Of a DNA stretch of 64,000 nt, positions 21,309-30,810 are shown in pieces. The stretch comes from Bacillales bacterium. GTDB lineage: Bacteria > Bacillota_I > Bacilli_A > RF39 > UBA660. The stretch spans positions 29,535-93,534 of the forward strand of contig JAEEZR010000010.1 in NCBI GenBank assembly GCA_016292035.1, written 5' to 3'. Position 1 is the first letter of the stretch, and each line of letters starts with the position of its first letter. The notes beneath the pieces are model-generated. The model made no database searches, had not been told where the DNA came from, and saw only the letters and a program-made list of their open reading frames with translations. The translations under genes and the position numbers were made by a program.

Positions 21309-21386
21309 CTAAAATTATTGTATATTAAAGATAGTTTTATTTCAAGTAATTTACTGTCTTTATTAGATAAAAAAATAAGTGGGGAC

Positions 21387-21971
21387 TTATTTAAGTACCT
21401 CACTTATTTTATCTACTCCTACATATGATGCAGCATTATTATTATTGACTACTTTTATTAGTGTATAATCGTTTATTTGAAGTTCTTGTGGGTATGAATA
21501 ATTAGTTATAGATTTTTCTCCTTTTAAGTAACTATTCATTCCATTAGATAAGTCTACTTTATATACTTTTAGAGCCTTTTCTTTAGCTTTATAGTTTGAT
21601 ACTATTTGGTTAATATATAAACTATTTTCACTAAAATCACCTATTAATACAAAGTATTCTTTTTCTTCTCTTTTAAACATAGTTCCTGCATTTATATTTT
21701 CATAGTCTATTTTAGCTTCTTCTAGTTCTGGTTTAGTGTATCTATTATCAAACCAACCTAGTTTATGAGCACCTAGAGTTAGTCCATATATAACTAGGAA
21801 TACACCAAGTAATATTATTACTAATAGAGTAAAATCTTTAAATACTTTTGAAGTGTTTTCTTCTTTTACTATTTCTTTTTTAGTTTCTACTTTTTTAGTA
21901 GTTTTTTTAGGTGCTACTTTTGCACTTTTGTTAGTAATTTTTTTGTTTGTTTTCTTTTTTGCCTTTGCCAT
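21387..21971 (-). CDS. Hypothetical membrane-anchored protein with a Lys-rich N-terminus
   Basis: The ATG at 21971 has a GAGGT RBS, so the track's start at 22001 is less likely. Single TM helix. No motif recognised. Confidence 0.5.
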   Translation of the reverse strand: MAKAKKKTNKKITNKSAKVAPKKTTKKVETKKEIVKEENTSKVFKDFTLLVIILLGVFLVIYGLTLGAHKLGWFDNRYTKPELEEAKIDYENINAGTMFKREEKEYFVLIGDFSENSLYINQIVSNYKAKEKALKVYKVDLSNGMNSYLKGEKSITNYSYPQELQINDYTLIKVVNNNNAASYVGVDKISEVLK

Positions 21972-22028
21972 ATTAAATACCTCGAAATTAATATACCACA
22001 TTATATGATTTTTAACAAGGACACTTTT

Positions 22029-23006
22029 TTATTTTGTTATTGGAGTGCTTGAAGTTGATGACGCTATTTTAAGTAGTTCCATTTGAGATAAATCTTCTCC
22101 AATTAAGTAAAACTCTGTTCCGCTTTCTGACCAAGTTAGAGATGTTGGAGTTAATACACCTACTACCCCTTTATACATTACTATTTGAGCTGTAGTATTT
22201 ACAGTTTGATGGTTTTCACTCCTTTTAGCTTTTTCTTCTATTAGTGTAAAAGGTTTTTCTCCTTTATATGTTAGTATTACTCTTTCACTATTTTCTTCTT
22301 TTAGCATTTCTTCTTTTGAATAAGTAGTTCCTGCAGGTAAATACATTGGGTATACTACAGAATCAAGAGTGGTTGATGTTTCCTTTGATATATCTTCTTT
22401 AATATTATTTGATAATTTAAAGTAATCACTTTCATATTTTTTATTTGCTTCTATAAGTGTAATTTTCATTTCTAAAGCTATAGAGTTATTCTCATCTTTT
22501 ACATATACTTCTTTAGGAAGAAAAGTTTTCTTATCAAACTTTATTATTTCTTCTTTTAGCTGTGCATTGTTAGGATAATCCACTTTAGCACTTATTTCAT
22601 AGTATTCTTCTTTTGTCATTATAGTTCTTTCGCTATCTTTTTTGATATCGTTTAGTAGGCATTTTAATATATATGATTGGGAACTATTTACTGGCCATTC
22701 ACTTTGAAATTTAAAGCTTTTATTTAGTGAAGGTGTTACTACATAGACTCCTTCTTCATTTTTTAGTATTATTTGTTCATGGCTATTATTCTTGTTTATT
22801 AAAGATACTCTATAGTATGATTCTTTATTAGATACATCTACTTTGTAACTATACTTGTCATCATTTTGATATATAGTAAGATCTCCAACTAAATGATATG
22901 AATATAAACCTTCTATACTCTTTTCTATTTCACCTAATACATTATTATTTTTTGAACAACCACTTATTAAGATTATGCTCAATAAAGCAATTAATATTTT
23001 TTTCAA
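22029..23006 (-). CDS. Putative lipoprotein (possibly LolA-fold/DUF4367-like)
   Basis: Lipobox LISGC after a signal peptide. The fold assignment rests only on vague resemblance. Confidence 0.6.
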   Translation of the reverse strand: MKKILIALLSIILISGCSKNNNVLGEIEKSIEGLYSYHLVGDLTIYQNDDKYSYKVDVSNKESYYRVSLINKNNSHEQIILKNEEGVYVVTPSLNKSFKFQSEWPVNSSQSYILKCLLNDIKKDSERTIMTKEEYYEISAKVDYPNNAQLKEEIIKFDKKTFLPKEVYVKDENNSIALEMKITLIEANKKYESDYFKLSNNIKEDISKETSTTLDSVVYPMYLPAGTTYSKEEMLKEENSERVILTYKGEKPFTLIEEKAKRSENHQTVNTTAQIVMYKGVVGVLTPTSLTWSESGTEFYLIGEDLSQMELLKIASSTSSTPITK

Positions 23007-23110
23007 AATAACCTCCTTTAATTATTTCTAGTTAAGTATATTTTTTATGTATAAAAATATGATGCATAATTTATTGTTTTTTGTTTACTATATAAACATA
23101 AGGAGGGATT

Positions 23111-23320
23111 ATGCAGACATTACAAAAAATATGCCTTTGTTTAGTTATAGTAGGCGCAATTAACTGGGGCCTTGTAGGACTTTTTAGTTTTAATTTAGTA
23201 GAGGCTATATTTGGAGTTAATACTCTTCTTACTAATGTTATCTATACATTTGTAGGATTATCCGGCATTATTAACATAGGTCTTTTAGTTATGCCTTTTG
23301 AGGAAACTGCTAGAAAATAA
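23111..23320 (+). CDS. DUF378 family small membrane protein
   Basis: 69 aa with two TM helices and the VGAINWGLVGLF motif typical of DUF378. Strong AAGGAGGG RBS. Confidence 0.8.
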   Translation: MQTLQKICLCLVIVGAINWGLVGLFSFNLVEAIFGVNTLLTNVIYTFVGLSGIINIGLLVMPFEETARK

Positions 23321-23352
23321 AAATACAAGAGATTATCTCTTGTATTTTATTA

Positions 23353-24324
23353 TTACTTTTTGTATGTTTTACCATCGTAAGTAAGTGTCTTTTTATCTTT
23401 ACTATATTTGAATGTGAAATAATTATATTCTGTGATATCTCCAAAATAGTCTGATGTACGTCTATATTCATATGCTGCTATTATTTCATCTTTCTTTTCG
23501 TCATATCTCCATTCGCAAGATAATATATCAAACTTACTTAGACTTGTGATATCACATGTAGCATCTTTTTTAAGTACTATTTTTTTATCTCCATATTCAT
23601 ATGTTCCTGATATTTTTCTTTCAGTGTTAGCCATATAACCGAAGAATCTAATAATACTTAGAAGAACAATTACTCCTGCTAATGCTAGAGCTATTATCTT
23701 TAATAGTTTGCTATCTTTTGTTAATAAATTCTTATTTTTGTAAGCATTTTTAATACCATCTTTTTCAGTAGTAATTAGTTCAGTTAGTTTGTCTTTAAAT
23801 TCTTTATTGTTCCATGTAAAGAATATCATTGGTAGTTTTCCATACTGATGGATTGTTACTGATCTAAATATATAAAATACTCTGTTAGTTGATACTCCAG
23901 TTATTTTATTAAGAGGAATAGATATTTCTCTTCTTTTAAATGGTAAATACTTTTCTTTATATACTTCATTTTTTGTTAAGCATAACATAGTTTTACTTAC
24001 GCATTTATATAGGTAATTCATAAATAGATATAATATGAATAATCCTATTAAATAAAGAATCTCTTTTCCTAGTCTACCAAAGAAGTTATAGTTAAGTGCT
24101 CCAAAGTCTCCTTTAAAGTTAATAAATGTTATTACTGCTAGGAATAATAGTAAAATTCCAATATAAATCTTGTCTAGAGCAGATATAAATAATACTCTAC
24201 AAGTTACTAGTGCGTCTGACTTTTTTGATTCTTCTATTTCTCTTTCTTTTGCTAGAGCTGCTCTTTTGCTTTCAAGTTCTTTTTTCTTAGCATCATATTT
24301 TTCTTTTAGTTCATCTTTGTTCAT
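23353..24324 (-). CDS. Hypothetical membrane protein (possibly contains a bacterial PH-like domain)
   Basis: Coiled-coil N-terminus, TM helices, and a segment resembling bPH_2/DUF304 domains. Low certainty. Confidence 0.5.
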   Translation of the reverse strand: MNKDELKEKYDAKKKELESKRAALAKEREIEESKKSDALVTCRVLFISALDKIYIGILLLFLAVITFINFKGDFGALNYNFFGRLGKEILYLIGLFILYLFMNYLYKCVSKTMLCLTKNEVYKEKYLPFKRREISIPLNKITGVSTNRVFYIFRSVTIHQYGKLPMIFFTWNNKEFKDKLTELITTEKDGIKNAYKNKNLLTKDSKLLKIIALALAGVIVLLSIIRFFGYMANTERKISGTYEYGDKKIVLKKDATCDITSLSKFDILSCEWRYDEKKDEIIAAYEYRRTSDYFGDITEYNYFTFKYSKDKKTLTYDGKTYKK

Positions 24325-24395
24325 TTTTTACCTCCATTAAAAAAGTTTTCCTTTCTAAATTCAATTTTAGAATATAAGGAAAACTTTGTCAACGT

Positions 24396-25763
24396 TTATT
24401 CAGTTGTGACTATTATCTGAATTGTTTTTGTTTTACTTGTGTAAGTGAATTTAACATCTTCACCTGATACATATACAGGTACAGAATATGTTCCTGGTTC
24501 AGTAATATTGCTTAAATCAACGTATGCTTTTATTGATGAAGACTCTAATTTATCAAGAAGACTCTTAACACCCTTTACTGCGACTGTTACTTTAGCATCA
24601 TTTTCACTGGCTGCACTTGCTCTTAAATTTTCTTTAAGTCCTTCAGTTACAACTGTAATATTTTCATATTCTTTTGATGTTTCTTCTTCCATCTTAACAT
24701 TTATTGTTACTGCTGTTTCGCTTATGCTTCTTGCACCAGAAGGTTTATTAATAACTTTTTGATATACTTTATTTTCATAAAGGTTAGTTACATCAATATT
24801 TATTTCAATGTAGTTTAAGTCATTTAATACTACTTCGTCTGCATATACAGTTACATTTGTTACTGATGAAGTTATAGATGATATTGCACTTCCTGGTCTT
24901 ACTTCTCCAGTTGGTACTATCTTAAGTGGAACTGTTTTAGATGGAGATGTTATAGTTACAGTTGCTTTTACAGTACTTGGTACTACTTCAATTCCGTCCA
25001 CTTCACTACCATTTTCATCATACGCTACTAGTTTTACATTTTCTAGAGTATATGTTCCACTTTCTTTTGCACTTATTGCATTTACATCCACAATTGCTTT
25101 TACATTAGCAATTGTAGATAGTTTTTCTTTGTAACTTTTAATTATTATTTCATCTCTATCTAAAAGAACGTTACTTACAACTAGTGTTTGATCTAGTTTA
25201 TCTGTGTTAATTACATCTATTGATAGAGTTCTTACTTCACTTACTTTTGGATAAATAACTACAGTTACTTCTCCTGGGCTTAGTGTATATTTTAGATTTT
25301 TAACAGGATTATTGTATTCTAATGATACTTTATGTGTTCCTGCATCTAAATCTGAAAGGTCTACAGAAATTCTATGATTTCCTAGTTGTCTTGCTAGATA
25401 TAATTCACCAGATTTTCCTCTTAAGAATATATCTGCTTTTGTTGGAAGACCTTCTATTACAAATGCCTCTTCATTGTATTCACTTACTACATCTACGTTT
25501 GCTATTACGTCACTTTTGGTATCTGTTAATGCTGTTGTTTCACTATCTATAAATAGAAAACACATGAATGCTAGAAGTAGTGATATGTATAAAAGCACTG
25601 TTGGTTGATTTAGTATTTTATCTACTAGTCCAACTCTTACTTTGAATTTATCTTTAATAAAATATGCTATTTTACTTATTGGAGTTATTAATATTTTATC
25701 AAAGAAGCCAATAATTGCTTTGAACACTGTTACTAGTATATTATCTTTCTTATTGTCCTTCAT
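24396..25763 (-). CDS. cdaR: CdaA regulatory protein CdaR (YbbR-like repeats)
   Basis: N-terminal TM helix plus repeated YbbR-like beta domains of about 90 aa. It overlaps the 3' end of cdaA. Confidence 0.8.
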   Translation of the reverse strand: MKDNKKDNILVTVFKAIIGFFDKILITPISKIAYFIKDKFKVRVGLVDKILNQPTVLLYISLLLAFMCFLFIDSETTALTDTKSDVIANVDVVSEYNEEAFVIEGLPTKADIFLRGKSGELYLARQLGNHRISVDLSDLDAGTHKVSLEYNNPVKNLKYTLSPGEVTVVIYPKVSEVRTLSIDVINTDKLDQTLVVSNVLLDRDEIIIKSYKEKLSTIANVKAIVDVNAISAKESGTYTLENVKLVAYDENGSEVDGIEVVPSTVKATVTITSPSKTVPLKIVPTGEVRPGSAISSITSSVTNVTVYADEVVLNDLNYIEINIDVTNLYENKVYQKVINKPSGARSISETAVTINVKMEEETSKEYENITVVTEGLKENLRASAASENDAKVTVAVKGVKSLLDKLESSSIKAYVDLSNITEPGTYSVPVYVSGEDVKFTYTSKTKTIQIIVTTE

Positions 25764-26595
25764 TTTCTTTTTCCTCCTTTTCTTCTATAGGAGTTTCTTC
25801 TATTTCATCTGCATCATAGAAAGTTTCTTTATGAGGAGTTAATTCTTCAATTAATGTCATTCTCATGTCTTCTAGTGTCATGTTGTATTTTAAGTCTCCT
25901 TCTATTGCTAAACTTACTCTTCCTGTTTCTTCACTTACTACTAAAGCTATAGCGTCAGATATTTCAGATATACCTAAAGCTGCTCTGTGTCTTGTTCCTA
26001 ATCTTTTAGATATACTTGGATTTAAACTTGTAGGAAGAACGCTTCCTGCACATGTTATTCTATCTCCTTGAAGTATTACTGCTCCGTCATGTAAAGGGTT
26101 ATTAGGGAAGAATATACTTATTAATAGTTCAGAAGATACGTCTGCATATAATTTAGTTGAGTTTTCTATGTATTGATTTAGCCCATAGTCTCTTTCAATT
26201 ACCATTAATGCTCCGATTCTATTTTTTCTTAAATATTCTACTGCTTGCATTATTTCATAGACTACTTTTTCTCTTTCATCTACAGTAAGTACTTTATGTC
26301 TTCCTAGAAGTTGACTTCTCCCAATGCTTTCAAGTACATTTCTTATTTCAGGTTGGAATATTACTACAAGGGCTAGTGGTGCGTAATCTATAACATATTC
26401 CAGTAATACACCTACTGTATTTAGATTTAGCCAAACACTTAAAAACTTAAGAGCTATTACTATTAACAGTCCTTTAAATATTAGAGTTAATTTAACATTA
26501 TTTTTAATATATTTAAGAATGTAATAAAATATTAACCAAAGAATAGCTACATCTAGTATTTTGGTAAATAAGTTATATATTTCATTTAGGGTCAT
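25750..26595 (-). CDS. cdaA: Diadenylate cyclase CdaA
   Basis: Three TM helices followed by a DAC domain with DGAVIL and GTRHRAALGISE motifs. Confidence 0.9.
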   Translation of the reverse strand: MTLNEIYNLFTKILDVAILWLIFYYILKYIKNNVKLTLIFKGLLIVIALKFLSVWLNLNTVGVLLEYVIDYAPLALVVIFQPEIRNVLESIGRSQLLGRHKVLTVDEREKVVYEIMQAVEYLRKNRIGALMVIERDYGLNQYIENSTKLYADVSSELLISIFFPNNPLHDGAVILQGDRITCAGSVLPTSLNPSISKRLGTRHRAALGISEISDAIALVVSEETGRVSLAIEGDLKYNMTLEDMRMTLIEELTPHKETFYDADEIEETPIEEKEEKENEGQ

Positions 26596-26693
26596 ATCTA
26601 TACTACCCCTCCTTCTACTTTCCAGTGTAATTATATAATAAAAAAGATATATTTACTATATCTTTTATTATTTTTAACACATTTCTTTACGAA

Positions 26694-27113
26694 TTAATTA
26701 TTATTTTGTTCAGGGTTAATTTCTTCTAGTTTAGCTTCAGCTACTTGAGTATTTGCTGCTTCAAGTTCTGGGTTAACTGGTGTTTCTTCTAAAGTTGGTG
26801 TTTCAAAAGCAACGGTTTCAGGTGCTGGGGCACTTTCAACATTTATATTTTCTACATTTTCAGGATTAGCTATTACTACTTCTTCTAGATTTGGTACATT
26901 TGATTCAAAATCAAGTATTTCTTCATTACTTTCTTCCTTTACAGGAGCTGCTGGCGCTACTGGCTCAGATGCGTTTATACTTTCTCCTTTAAACTCAGAT
27001 TTATTTTTGTTCTTTCCTTCGATTAAAAATCCTACTAAAGCAAATAGAAGAACACCTGCTGCTACAAAGAACCATATATAGTTTTCTGCTAAGAAATTCA
27101 TCACATTTTCCAT
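26694..27113 (-). CDS. Hypothetical membrane-anchored acidic Pro/Glu-rich protein
   Basis: One TM helix followed by a low-complexity acidic tail. Confidence 0.5.
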   Translation of the reverse strand: MENVMNFLAENYIWFFVAAGVLLFALVGFLIEGKNKNKSEFKGESINASEPVAPAAPVKEESNEEILDFESNVPNLEEVVIANPENVENINVESAPAPETVAFETPTLEETPVNPELEAANTQVAEAKLEEINPEQNNN

Positions 27114-27174
27114 TTTTATCCTCTCCTTATGTTAATTTAATTTTATCAAAATATAATAAATATTTCAATATAAT

Positions 27175-28257
27175 TTATTCTTCAGATGGGTTTGTATTAC
27201 CAATAATTGATAAGTTTTTACCTTTAGGCATTATTTGTACCCAAGTGTTTCCATCATTTAGTTTTATTTCTTCGTTTGTATCTTTATATTTATATACTGT
27301 TTTTCCTGCTCTTGATGTTTTTTCCCAAGTTATAGGATAAGCATAACCATTAGTTATATAATATCCTTCTCCACTAGTTATATTTGTAAGAGCTTGCCTT
27401 CCATATCTATCATATGAGTGGTTTTCTACTTCATATACTATTATATTTTTAGTAGTATATTGTTTTCCTGTATCAATGTCTGTATGAGCTTCTGTTTCAC
27501 CATAACCATTTGCCATACTTCTTTTATATACTTTGTTTTCAGGATCATAATCATATTTTGTTGTTTGATAATTAGAATATTCAATATCTATATGATCTGC
27601 TTTTTTAGATAGTTCTTTTTCATTTAGATTAATTTCATCTATTGAGTATTTAAATAATTTACCTTTGTCAGATGTTGTTCTAAATCCACTAGCGTTTACT
27701 CCTTTTTTAATTAAAGATCCTTTAGTGAATCCAGTGTGTTCATATGCTCTGTTAAGTCCTGATTCTCTATAAAAATAAGTCCCCTCATAATATATTCCAT
27801 CTAAGTGATCCATTTTTAAAGAGTCCATATCATTATAAGCTTCTGTGCTTCCTCCCCAGTGAATATATATTGCATCATTTTCTAGTGCATAATCTAAAAA
27901 GTATATTCTTGAGCTTCTTACTGATCCTATTTTTTCTGGCATTTTATCAAGAGAGCTATATAAAGCCATTATTCTTGTTATTCCACCTTCTACTATTATT
28001 TCATAGTTTAAATATGAATCTTGAAGCCCTGCATGAGGCCATGCATTATGATTGTTATTTATCATAACAGCTACTGATCTATCAGTGCTGTCTTCATCAA
28101 ATATTTTTAATTTTTTTACTACTACAGGTTCTTTTTCTTTTTCTGGAGTACTTTCTTTTGGCTTTTTGTCTATAAATGTTTTATAGCCTATAAAAGCTCC
28201 TGCTGCAATTATTATTAAAGCTAATATTCCTAAAATTATTTTTAGTGGTTTTTTCAT
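27175..28257 (-). CDS. DUF3048 domain protein (YerB-like)
   Basis: VAVMINNNHNAWPHAGLQDS...EGGITRIMALY...GSVRSSRIYF matches my memory of the DUF3048 signature. Confidence 0.75.
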   Translation of the reverse strand: MKKPLKIILGILALIIIAAGAFIGYKTFIDKKPKESTPEKEKEPVVVKKLKIFDEDSTDRSVAVMINNNHNAWPHAGLQDSYLNYEIIVEGGITRIMALYSSLDKMPEKIGSVRSSRIYFLDYALENDAIYIHWGGSTEAYNDMDSLKMDHLDGIYYEGTYFYRESGLNRAYEHTGFTKGSLIKKGVNASGFRTTSDKGKLFKYSIDEINLNEKELSKKADHIDIEYSNYQTTKYDYDPENKVYKRSMANGYGETEAHTDIDTGKQYTTKNIIVYEVENHSYDRYGRQALTNITSGEGYYITNGYAYPITWEKTSRAGKTVYKYKDTNEEIKLNDGNTWVQIMPKGKNLSIIGNTNPSEE

Positions 28258-28332
28258 ATACTACACTTCCTCTAGTATTATTATAATTCATAATTAACTT
28301 AATTATTTTAACAAATAAAAAGAGTTTACATT

Positions 28333-28845
28333 TTACTGTATACTCTTATCTAGTGTGTTTCTACTTGTAATTTCTTTAAGAATTTCATCAAATACAATTC
28401 TATACATTTTATCTTTAGCTTCTAATTCATCTGTTTCTTTTTTATATTTTCTTATTATAGAACTATAATATGCTTCATCTTTAAAGTTTTCACTTTTATA
28501 TGATTCCTTAGCTTTGTTAGATATCCATTTTATTATAGATTTATTTTCTACCATTGTTTTTTCTGCAACTGTTTGTTCTTTTCCAACTAAACTTTCTAGT
28601 TTAATTAAACCCTCTGTAGATAAATGCCCCAATAAAACATAGTATTCTTCTCTTAGTGTTTTTAAATATAAGTCTAATTTATCTTTTTGATTATTTAGAT
28701 CTTCTATGCTTAGTTTTTTCTTTTCAAGTGCTTCTTTGTTATTAATACTTATAGACATTTGAATTTCATCTTCTATCTTTTTTTCTAAGCATGAGCATCT
28801 ATATTCAACATCCAACATATTTTTTATTAATACTATGTTTTCCAT
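28333..28845 (-). CDS. Hypothetical coiled-coil protein (170 aa)
   Basis: The ATG at 28845 has an AAAGGAG RBS and lies 1 nt after the upstream stop. The track's start at 28914 would overlap by 68 nt. Confidence 0.55.
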   Translation of the reverse strand: MENIVLIKNMLDVEYRCSCLEKKIEDEIQMSISINNKEALEKKKLSIEDLNNQKDKLDLYLKTLREEYYVLLGHLSTEGLIKLESLVGKEQTVAEKTMVENKSIIKWISNKAKESYKSENFKDEAYYSSIIRKYKKETDELEAKDKMYRIVFDEILKEITSRNTLDKSIQ

Positions 28846-28846
28846 A

Positions 28847-29347
28847 TTACCTACTCCTTTTTGTTCTTTCTTGAGTCGATTCAATAGTAAATTTAATTTC
28901 TTTTTTTCTTTCAATGCAGCTTTCTTTATATCTTTTCATAGCTGCTAATCTTTCATTAATATATTCTTTAGCTACTAATGATTTTCTTCCATTATTGTTT
29001 ATTGATACTTTTACATATTTTAATGATTTGATGCTCTCATCAACTTCACCTATTAAAGCTGTTACTTCTGATAATAATTCTTTTAGTTCTTCAGTTGACG
29101 CCATCATTATACGATTATTATATCTTCTTTCTGCAGTATCAAGTTCTTTTACTGCTAGGTTAAATTCTTCTCTGACAGAGTCAATTAATACTTCTAAATC
29201 AGTTATATACTTTTTAGATTCTTCGCCCATATTTTCTCTTAGTTTAACATATTCACACATTAAATCGTGATGCATTTGAAACAATCTTTTATATTCTGCT
29301 CTTGCCATGGCATAATCACGTACTACGCGCAAGTTACTTAATATCAT
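28847..29347 (-). CDS. Hypothetical coiled-coil protein (166 aa)
   Basis: Intact ORF forming a two-gene unit with 28333-28845. No motif recognised. Confidence 0.55.
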   Translation of the reverse strand: MILSNLRVVRDYAMARAEYKRLFQMHHDLMCEYVKLRENMGEESKKYITDLEVLIDSVREEFNLAVKELDTAERRYNNRIMMASTEELKELLSEVTALIGEVDESIKSLKYVKVSINNNGRKSLVAKEYINERLAAMKRYKESCIERKKEIKFTIESTQERTKRSR

Positions 29348-29403
29348 ATTTAATACATCCTTTCTTAATGCGTTTTATTATAACATAGCACACTTTTCTT
29401 AGC

Positions 29404-29428
29404 AATAAAAAAGCACTCATTAGTGCTT
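29404..29428 (-). terminator. Intrinsic terminator after ssrA
   Basis: Stem aagcact/agtgctt with a 4-nt loop, followed by TTTTATT on the minus strand, 12 nt after the tmRNA CCA end. Confidence 0.7.
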
Positions 29429-29439
29429 ACTCTTCTTTT

Positions 29440-29794
29440 TGGTGGAGCTGACGAGGAATGACCTCGTGTCCAAAATACCAGCTGCGCAGGTCTTTAATTA
29501 CAAGTTTAGCTAGTTTCAGATTTCAAAAAGTTATATGGATTGCTAGCCTTCCCTAACTTTTCTAAGACTATAAATATTCTTTATTTAGTATAGACACCTA
29601 AATAATATAGTTCACTTTTATGAACCCAGCCTTTCTCTCGTGAACAAAGAGAAAAGTGAGCCACCCTAGACCTTAATTAGGCAAAAACAGGTGAGAAATT
29701 ATAATCGTTTCCGGTTATTTAAATTGTTGGATTTATAGTATCCCTACTACTTGAACCCACGTGCACGACTATCCTGTCGAATCAAAACAGCCCC
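29440..29794 (-). ncRNA. ssrA: tmRNA (transfer-messenger RNA)
   Basis: On the minus strand the 5' end is GGGGCTGTTTTGATTCGACAGGATAGTCG. The 3' end is GGACACGAGGTCATTCCTCGTCAGCTCCACCA (T-arm plus acceptor plus CCA). An internal tag ORF follows TTAAATAACC, analogous to the B. subtilis resume context. Confidence 0.9.
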
Positions 29795-29804
29795 ATGCAT
29801 GATA

Positions 29805-29834
29805 ATTATATCATACTGAGGCTGTTATAGTCAA
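29805..29834 (-). promoter_or_regulatory. Promoter of ssrA
   Basis: On the minus strand, TTGACT, an 18-nt spacer, then TGATATAAT (extended -10). It lies about 10 nt upstream of the mature 5' GGGG. Confidence 0.6.
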
Positions 29835-29858
29835 TTAATAACTGTACTTAGTTTGATA

Positions 29859-30797
29859 CTAGTTATATACAGTTTCTATTGGCCCACATGCTGCAATTCC
29901 ATCATTATATAAGTCACAATGGTCACTATTAGAAAACTGAAGTACCCTAGTTTTGGCTGAATAATTATATACCCAGAATCCTCCGTATATGTTTTCAGAA
30001 TCACCTATACGAAGTGATACGTAACTTGTGTCATAACTTGTTAGAGATTCATCTACTGTTATTCCTAAAGATGATTCAACATTTTGTATTAATTTGTTTA
30101 ATGTTGCGCTACCAGTTCTATCGGAAGATACCCATCCATTTGGTTTTTGACAAGCTAATTTTCCATTATAGTATACACACGCTTCATGCTCTACTGTTTC
30201 TTTATTAGTTCTTATAAGTACTAATCCATTTGTTAAAGATAAGTCACTAAGTCTTGTTTTTGCTGTTGATGGGTAAGATCCTTGTGCATATTCTGTGTTG
30301 TTTCCACCTTCAGTTTTTGTCCAGTATACATATGGACTATTTCCGCCATTTGTATTAGACTGTCCTAAGCAAGAGCATTCACCATTATCACATGAAAGTG
30401 TTCCATTTTTTACAAATTCTTCTTCATTTATGTTTGAAGAATATGATTCATTAACATAGCAGTAGTTTGAGTCTTCTACGGCTATAAAATCAACTTTTCC
30501 ATTTGGCCCAAAATCTACTATGTATTTAGCGTCTGTATCTGTTGTATCTAGTTTTGTTTCACTATTACATATATTTTCAATATTGTAGCAGTAATAATTT
30601 CTAGTATTATTTGATAATGAATCAGATTGTTTTTGACTTTCTGCTATTCTAACTATACTTTCAACTTTTACTTTGAATGCATCTTTTCTTCCTTTTTCAA
30701 ACATATTTAAAACGTTTGGCATTATAAGCAACATTAATATTGCTAGTATTGCTATTACTGCTAAAAGCTCTACTAATGTAAATCCTTTTTTATTCAT
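29859..30797 (-). CDS. Type IV pilin-like protein P3 (312 aa)
   Basis: MNKKG/FTLVELLAVIAILAILMLL. The ATG at 30797 avoids overlap with P4. It shares the head and the YVYW/GHEAC C-terminal module. Confidence 0.85.
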   Translation of the reverse strand: MNKKGFTLVELLAVIAILAILMLLIMPNVLNMFEKGRKDAFKVKVESIVRIAESQKQSDSLSNNTRNYYCYNIENICNSETKLDTTDTDAKYIVDFGPNGKVDFIAVEDSNYCYVNESYSSNINEEEFVKNGTLSCDNGECSCLGQSNTNGGNSPYVYWTKTEGGNNTEYAQGSYPSTAKTRLSDLSLTNGLVLIRTNKETVEHEACVYYNGKLACQKPNGWVSSDRTGSATLNKLIQNVESSLGITVDESLTSYDTSYVSLRIGDSENIYGGFWVYNYSAKTRVLQFSNSDHCDLYNDGIAACGPIETVYN

Positions 30798-30810
30798 ATA
30801 ATCATTCCTT

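Noticed and set aside
28258-29439. A prophage or genomic island integrated at the 3' end of ssrA.
   Set aside because: No integrase, recombinase, phage structural genes or obvious duplicated ssrA 3' segment were seen. Only two small coiled-coil ORFs are present. It is kept as a low-interest finding rather than called a mobile element.
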